DNA from: Octopus vulgaris | Lineage: Eukaryota | DNA length: 64,000 nt | Direction: 5' to 3' | Assembly (NCBI GenBank): GCA_951406725.2 | Contig: OX597818.1 | Coordinates: 41,602,001 to 41,666,000, forward strand | Shown here: piece by piece, positions 61,375 to 64,000 of the stretch | How the letters are laid out: each line of letters opens with the position of its first letter | How positions within the stretch are numbered: the first letter of the stretch is position 1 | Notes under the pieces: generated by a model | Database searches by the model: none | What the model was told of the DNA's origin: nothing | The model's input: the letters and a program-made list of their open reading frames with translations, nothing else | Translations under genes and position numbers: made by a program

Positions 61375-62067
61375 AGATTTTGATTACAGTCACATCAAGA
61401 CAGGTAAGATATACTCCATCAGAATGCAACAGTTGCTGCTTTTCTGCATATATTAATGGTGATATATAGCCAAGAAAAAGACATCCAACCACAACGGCTG
61501 GAACTAGTGAGGCTATTAATGTTGCAGCTATTTGTATGTGTTTTTATGTTTATCAGGACTGAGTGAGAGAGGTAGTGTTTTTAGGATGTTGTTGTAGTAC
61601 CATTGTTGAGTCTTTGGAGGTGCTTTTGTTTTTGAAGTGGCAGGGCTTGTGGAAGAAACTGTGACCTTACATGCCCAAACATTTTTAAAAATCTATTTTC
61701 AATATTTTTCTTTGATGAGTCAATAAAATAAGTACCAGCTGAGCACTGGAGTCAATGTGATCAATTTCCTCCTCCCCCAAATTGCTGGCCTTGTGCAAAA
61801 ATTTGAAACCAATATTTTTCTTTGTTGTGTAAGTGTTCTGAGCATAATCTGTAACGATAATGTGTAATGTACCATTTTTCAGATAAGTTGCAGTTATGTT
61901 GTGGAAAAGTTGGATGGCCACCCATGCTAGCATGGCAGGAGGACATTAAATGATGATGATGATGATGAATGATGGATTACTTCTAGTTTCTCTCAATTGG
62001 CTAAATATTTTAGTGCAAAATATATTTGTGTGCCATTTTATTTTCTTTGCTATATTTTCTGTGTGTA

Positions 62068-62345
62068 TCATGAATACTGCTGAAGTGTTGGTCTTACTTG
62101 ATGTTCTTTAGTATTGCTGGTAAGAAATGAAACAGTGGATTTAGTAGAGACTACTTCAAGTCTGTTGCTGTGGAGCCAAGTTTTTGGGTAACTTATGTAA
62201 GATTTGTTAGAGTAGTTGTACAGCAGTGTCTGGAGAATAGTGAGATGTGAGTATGATGTCATCTACACATGAAACAGTATGTAAGTTTGGTGAAGGTGTG
62301 GGAAGGTTGTGTAGCTAGCTGTAGGCCGAAAAGAATGGATAAGAA
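62068..62345 (-). mobile_element. Decayed non-LTR retrotransposon RT fragment (clade unresolved)
   Basis: Translates LHNLPTPSPNLHTVSCVDDIILTSH (YADD-like) and then, after a frameshift, WLHSNRLEVVSTKSTVSFLTSNTKE. 61480-61680 may be a further piece. Confidence 0.6.
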
Positions 62346-62788
62346 AGACAGACAGACTACTATGGTGCTTCACTGAAGAAATTCCAAGCTCTGAAAGTAT
62401 TGTTCCTGTACACAATATTAATTTGTTGACACGCAGAAACTGTCATGAGTAGTGAAAAGTATGACAGTGAGCATACTTATTTAACCAGAAAGACAGTGCC
62501 AATGCTGACTGCAATATGTACAATAAATAATATATATTAATGTGAAGGCATGTCACAGGTTCAATTCCGGAACAGGGCTGCATGTTGTATCTTTGAGCAA
62601 GACACAACATATCATGTTGCTCCAGCCTACTCAGTAGAAAATTGAGTGCCAGCCTTATCCTGGAGCAGCCTTCTCTTCCTCTAACAGTTAGATCCTGAGA
62701 GAGTGCCTATGTCTGTTGAACTATATAAGTACCTAAAACACTAAACAAAACTATGTTATATACTAACAAATCATACTAATATATAACC

Positions 62789-63850
62789 TCATCCTCATCG
62801 TTTAGCATCTGCTTTCCATGCTAGCATGGGTTGGACGGTTCAACTGGGGTCTGGGAAGCCAGAGGGCTGCACCAGGCCCGGTCTGATCTGGCAATGTTTC
62901 TACAGCTGGATGGCCTTCCTAACGCCAACCACTCCATGAGTGTAATGGGTGCTTTTTACATGCCACCGGCACAGGTGCCAGACGAGACTGGCAAGCGGCC
63001 ACGATCGGATGGTGCTTTTTACATGCCACCGGCATGGAGGCCAGTCGGGGCGGTGCTGGCAACAGCCACGTTCAGATGGTTCTCTTATGTGCCACTGGTA
63101 CTGGCATCACAGCTACAATTTCCATTGATGTTGATTGATTTTGATTTTTACTTGCCTCAACAGGTTGTCACAAGTAGAGTTTTGTGTCCCAAGAAGGAAA
63201 GGTATGCATAAGTGGACTGGCTTCATCCCAGGTAGAGGCCACGGGTTATGGTCTCACTTGTCCTGCCGGGTCTTCTCACGCACAGCATACTTCCAAAGGT
63301 CTCGGTCTCTAGTCATTTCTTCGGTGAGACCTAAAGTTTGAAGGTCGTGCTTCACCACCTCGTCCCAGGTTTTCCTGGGTCTACCTCTTCCACAGGTTCC
63401 CTCAACTGCTAGGGTGTGGCACTTTTTCACACAACTATCTTCATCCATTCTCGCCACATGACCATACCAGCGCAAACATCTCTCTTGCACACCACAACTG
63501 ATGCTTCTTAGGTCCAACTTTTCTCTCAAGGTACTTACACGCCGTCGAGTATGAACACTGACATTACACATCCATCGGAGCATACTGGCTTCATTTCTTG
63601 CGAGCTTACGCATATCCTCAGCAGTCACGGCCCATGTACCATGGCTGTTCGTACACATGCGTCATACAGTCTGCCTTTTACTCTGAGCGAGAGGCCTTTT
63701 GTCACCAGCTCTCTGAACTTTGCCCAAGCTATTCTTACTCTAGCAGTTACACTTTCAGCACACCCGCCCCCGCTACTGACTTGGTCACCTAGGTAATGGA
63801 AGCTATCAACTATTTCTAGTTTTTCTCCCTGGAATGTGGCGGAAGTTGGT
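62789..63850 (-). mobile_element. 5'-truncated RTE-clade LINE (RT C-terminus, 3' UTR and tail), fairly young but frameshifted
   Basis: Translates EKLEIVDSFHYLGDQVSSGGGCAESVTARVRIAWAKFRELVTKGLSLRVKGRLYDACVRTAM / TWAVTAEDMRKLARNEASMLRWMC...WYGHVARMDEDSCVKKC...GRGRPRKTWDEVV; frameshift near 63640. Confidence 0.92.
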
Positions 63851-64000
63851 CAACTGCTATCTGTCTGTGAACATCTTAGCTGTATAATAATAGCTAGATT
63901 ACAACACAGGAAACACATCTATTTTCCTCCATCTGAATTGCTTAAATGAGAAATGACCACAAGCAATAAACAAACAATCATGGCTGGCTCTACAAGACAG

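Noticed and set aside
62363-62400. CTGAAGA...GAAA hammerhead-like words
   Set aside because: No stems I, II or III can be formed.

Overview
This is AT-rich eukaryotic (animal) genomic DNA, not prokaryotic. The repeat families resemble those of an octopod cephalopod, but that is inferred from memory, not from a search. The window is dominated by one minus-strand gene, the Mask/ANKHD1/ANKRD17 ortholog. I traced 23 coding exons by hand from 31299 down to 438 (3846 nt, all GT-AG, splice phases mutually consistent). They encode the conserved N-terminal GIGKLST..SSVSCALDEAAAAL motif, ankyrin cluster 1, a polyQ/P linker, ankyrin cluster 2 and a basic NLS-like coiled coil. The KH domain should lie left of the window. 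The expected upstream coding exon was not found in 31300-64000, so that stretch is probably one large intron (or 5' region). It contains two CpG-retaining zones (~38.7-42.4 kb and ~49.7-51.4 kb) that look like internal promoters. Introns hold a DD37D/maT transposase remnant, CR1 and RTE LINE fragments, two tRNA-type SINE families (some with TSDs), a TTAA MITE, a minisatellite and local duplications. The best leads are: a palindromic element at 56177-56342 whose arms each fit a minimal hammerhead ribozyme, nested in a second foldback; recurrent tail-out RTE foldbacks; a 128-nt in-frame cassette/mutually exclusive exon candidate; and candidate short first exons. No rRNA, tRNA or CRISPR features were seen.
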